64,000 nucleotides of DNA from Folioceros fuciformis (taxonomy: Eukaryota): NCBI GenBank assembly GCA_049999805.1, contig JBNGIO010006148.1:1-64000 (forward strand), written 5' to 3'. Below, piece by piece: positions 60,359 through 64,000 of this stretch; within the stretch, counting starts at the first letter, position 1; the number at the start of each line of letters is the position of its first letter. The notes below the pieces were generated by a model. That model was not told the DNA's origin and did no database searches. It was given only the letters and a program-made list of their open reading frames with translations. Position numbers and translations under genes: made by a program.

Positions 60359-62893
60359 ATGATGCAAACGAGACGGGTCTCCGTTATCCCCATTGCGAAT
60401 TGGTGCAGGTGTTTCTCGACCCTGCGAGCGGAGACAAGCATACTGGGAAGCAGCCGAGGTGAATGATCCCCGCTCGGATCTGGAGTATGTTTCTCAGTGT
60501 TGAAGCGGTTCTGAACCTTACGCTGTTGTTTCGTGGTGTGATTCAGTTGAAGAAATTAAAGGGCATCTTCGTACGGAAGGTGTTGGTGCATCTCGTCCGC
60601 CGGGGTGGAAGAAGGTGGTGAGCGAATTGTTGTACGGGACAGGCACAGCAAGAGAGAAGTGTCATGACAGGTATGTTACTTGGACTCAGCCATGAGGTTT
60701 ACTTTGCTCTGATTTTACTGAGGTCCTGAATGCGTGATGTGTGACATTGCCCGTTGCCTGGATCTTTGCAACTAGTGAAGGGGTGATTCTTGGAGCGAAC
60801 TGTGCGAGGAGGGCCAGCTGGCTGGGGCCTTCCAGGCCTTGACCTGCGTTGAACATGAAGGGATGCATGTCTCCATAGACTTGTTGTATCGCCTTGTTAA
60901 GTGGTGCATTGCCAACCAGGATGTGGTGGCTGGCAGGCGTGTCCATTCTCTTGTCGTGAGTAGTGGATATGTGTCGAATGCATACCTTGCCAACCATATA
61001 ATCCGCATGTATGCTTCGTATGGCAGTTTACAGGAGGCGAGACAAGTGTTCATCCAACTGTCTGCACCTGACAGGTTTGTTTGGGGGTCTATCATTTCAG
61101 CGCATGTTGAGCATGGAGAAGCTAAGCAGGCTATACACTTGTACAATCAAATGCGATTATCTAAGGTCAAGCCAAATGATTATGTGTATGTGGCTACTCT
61201 CAAAGCGTGTGCCAATGTAGGTGATTTGGCCTCCGGCAGAGCAATACACACTGATGTCGTTGACAGTGGATACGACACGAACATATTTGTAGGGACTGCT
61301 CTTGTGGACATGTACACCAAATTGGGCATGGTAGAGGATGCTCGCAGAGTTTTTGACATGTTGCCAAACAAGAATGTGGTCACATGGAGTACTATAATAG
61401 CAGGGTATGTGCATCATGGGCAAGGTCAAGAAGCTCTTAATCTCCATGAAAGCATGCAACGGGACAAAGTGATACCAGATGTGGTGGCCTTTCTGTCTCT
61501 TCTGAAGGCGTGCACCTGTGTAGGAGCCATACAGAAGGGCAAGCAGATTCATGCGGAGATTCTGGATCAAAGGATGGAAAGTGACATCTCAATTGGGAGT
61601 ACATTAGTGGACATGTATGCAAAATCTGGGAATCTGGATGATGCTCGATCATTCTTTGACCGGATGTCCTCCAGGAACATTGTGACATGGAGTGCTTTGA
61701 TTTCAGGCTATGCCCATCATGAGCTTGGGAATGAAGCCCTCATTTTGTATGAGAAAATGCGAAGCATAGGCATGACTCCGGACAGGGTGACCTATGTCTG
61801 CACTCTGAAGGCATGTGCTAGCGTAGGGGCCATACACAAAGGCAAGGGAATTCATGCAGAGATCTTAGGGAGAGGACTGGAGGCTGATGTGTTTGTTGGA
61901 AATACCCTAGTGGACATGTATGGACGGAATGGATATCTGACAGATGCTCGCAACGTGTTTGATAGACTGCCCACTAAAGATGTGGTGACATGGAATGCTT
62001 TAATTAACAGCTACGGTCAACACAACAGCTGTGAAATGGCAACCCAATGTTTTGAGACGATGCGGCGACATGGAGTTGAGCCCAATGGTGCCACTTTTGC
62101 ATGTCTTCTCGTTGCCTGCAGTCATGCTTCTTTGGTGGATGAGGGTCAGAGAATTTTCGATATGATGGAGGAGAATTATGGCATTTCTCCTACAGTCGAA
62201 CATTATACCTGCATGGTGGATCTTCTTGGGCGGTCAGGACGCTTGGACGAGGCAGAAAGTCTATTGCAAACTATCCCACTTGAGAGTAGCAGTGTGGCTT
62301 GGATGTCTCTGCTCAGTGCCTGTAAAAGTCACGGAGATGTTGATCGAGGAAAGCGGTCTTTTGACAAATTTGTAGGACTGGAACCCAAGGATGCAGGGGC
62401 TTATGTACTTATGTCGAGTATCTATGCTAGTGCAGGGAGGTGGGACGATTTGAAGGAAATCGAAAGCGTCAGAAGGTGCACTGGTGCTTACAAGAAGGCT
62501 GCAAAGACATGGATCGAGGTTGACAATCAGGTGCACGAGTTTGTAGTCGGGGAAGACCGTGGCGATACAGCTTTGAGAATGAAGGGTTTACATGCGAGGC
62601 TGAAGGAGAGTGGGCATGTGCCCCAAACTGAGTTGGTGTTGAAGCCAATATCGGATCGGCAAAAGGAAGACGCCCTCTGTGGGCACGCTGAGAAGTTAGC
62701 TTTGGCGTATGGTCTTCTGAACACTCGAGAAGGCAAGACTTTGTTGGTGACAAAAAATCTCAGGATGTGCGACGATTGCCACAGTGGCACAAAAATACTT
62801 TCACGTGTAGAAAAGCGCGACATCATAGTTAGAGATTCATACCGAGTCCATCATTTTAAGGACGGATTCTGTACGTGCAAAGATTCGTTGTAG
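60359..62893 (+). CDS. PLS-class PPR protein with E1-E2 and DYW:KP-like domain, probably mitochondrial; candidate U-to-C RNA editing factor
   Basis: 14 PLS motifs, CGHAEKLALAYGLLNT, VTKNLRMCDDCH, ends CTCKDSL. Two upstream exons (60359-60458, 60547-60670) splice in frame to 60781 and encode MMQTRRVSVIPIANWCRCFST. Confidence 0.92.
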
Positions 62894-63183
62894 GCAAAAT
62901 TTCACACCCGCTGAACACATTTGATTCGGACGTGGGGAAGTCTCTGCCAGTTAGTTGTCGACGTAAGAACTCGAAAACAGGTACATGACGGTGAAGCCGG
63001 ACAAAACATGTACCAATGTGGCAAAGGTTTAGCTATCTCTTCAGTCCAAATTGGACTACTGCCGAGAGACCTGACTACATCCACCTAGAGCAGAAGCCGA
63101 GCTGTTCTCAAATGCCCCTGCCAGAATTCAAACGAAACCTCCTGCAGTTGCTATTTACAAAAACGACTTCAGACAAAGGAACT

Positions 63184-64000
63184 CTATGGCGTATAGTCAA
63201 AGGGCTCCGGTGGGGGAGGTTCACAGTCGTCTACGGCCATAGCAGTATCGGAGGAGGTGTCTGGAGGTGCTGGGGGCGCCCCTCCTGAGCTCGGCGCAGC
63301 AGCAGACACCGGCGAATCACTGGATACCAATTCAACAGGCTCTGATGGGTTCGTGTCTCTCAACATCACAAATCCTGAAGATGCCCTCTTCAAGGGCTGA
63401 TACCGACAGGCCTCTGGAAATCTGATGTATTTCTCTTGTGCGGGGACAACCCTGGCTGGGTTGTTGAGCACTTCAATAGCGGAATCAACATCTGCACCTT
63501 TCTTCTCAACACCTGTGTCCACCTGCACATAAAGAGGACGCAATGCATTATTTGCCCGAGCTCTCCTCAATCTCCTCAGCACTGGCTGGATAGGAACCAC
63601 AAACGCTACCTCCATTGCATCATCCTTCCCAGTTGTAGCGGCAGATTCCTCAGCAGATGCAGAAGAACTTTCCCCTGCCACTGCAGCTGCCGACGAGCCC
63701 TTAGCCTCAGGATGAGGAGATGAACTACCCTCCTGTGCCAATGCTTTGCTGGTTGCTGCCTTTGAATCGCTTTCTTTCTTTGCCCTCACTTTAGCCCTGG
63801 CTGATGTAGACAGCACTGCAGTTGGCAGCTTGATTGCTGAAGTAGTTGTCGGGGGTGCTGTAGATGGAGGATACCCAAACATAGCAGGGGGAGCCTCCGA
63901 GACGAACTTGAACTTTGGCATGCGAAGTTCCGAATTCAGGCCAATAAACGCCGTCGGCGCAAATGAGAGGCTGATGAAATATATCAGGGGGTACCAATAC
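63184..64000 (-). CDS. RPN2: 26S proteasome regulatory subunit RPN2, 3' end (truncated by the window edge)
   Basis: [62 protein letters not shown]. One intron at about 63524-63610. Confidence 0.93.
   Translation of the reverse strand, partial: YWYPLIYFISLSFAPTAFIGLNSELRMPKFKFVSEAPPAMFGYPPSTAPPTTTSAIKLPTAVLSTSARAKVRAKKESDSKAATSKALAQEGSSSPHPEAKGSSAAAVAGESSSASAEESAATTGKDDAMEVAFVVPIQPVLRRLRRARANNALRPLYVQVDTGVEKKGADVDSAIEVLNNPARVVPAQEKYIRFPEACRYQPLKRASSGFVMLRDTNPSEPVELVSSDSPVSAAAPSSGGAPPAPPDTSSDTAMAVDDCEPPPPEPFDYTP

Overview
Gene-dense nuclear DNA of a land plant, with short GT-AG introns and two assembly gaps. The compact layout and a DYW:KP-type PPR gene suggest a hornwort or another seed-free plant (inference). 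In order: LOB-domain transcription factor, plastid PEP/phosphate translocator, RLP24, about 8 kb of decayed AT-rich transposon DNA (including a recognisable REL-type non-LTR remnant), an intronless orphan ORF, amino-acid permease, 4-RRM protein, two tandem intronless DNAJC2/ZRF1 genes of very different base composition, YKT6, ERdj3A/TMS1-like, cationic amino-acid transporter, pTAC12/HEMERA, BT1-like carrier, WSS1-like UBL-WLM-PUB protease with an expanding EPDPDD repeat, a B-box plus TPR-like gene, a small ORF next to a W-box cluster, a PPR-DYW gene with a likely mitochondrial presequence, and the 3' end of RPN2. Best leads: (1) the DYW:KP-like PPR as a candidate U-to-C editing enzyme with a predictable target, (2) the B-box/TPR-like fusion, (3) the compositionally divergent ZRF1 pair, (4) the W-box-linked small secreted-protein candidate. 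No tRNA, rRNA or CRISPR array was recognised. Exon boundaries were derived by hand and no database searches were run.
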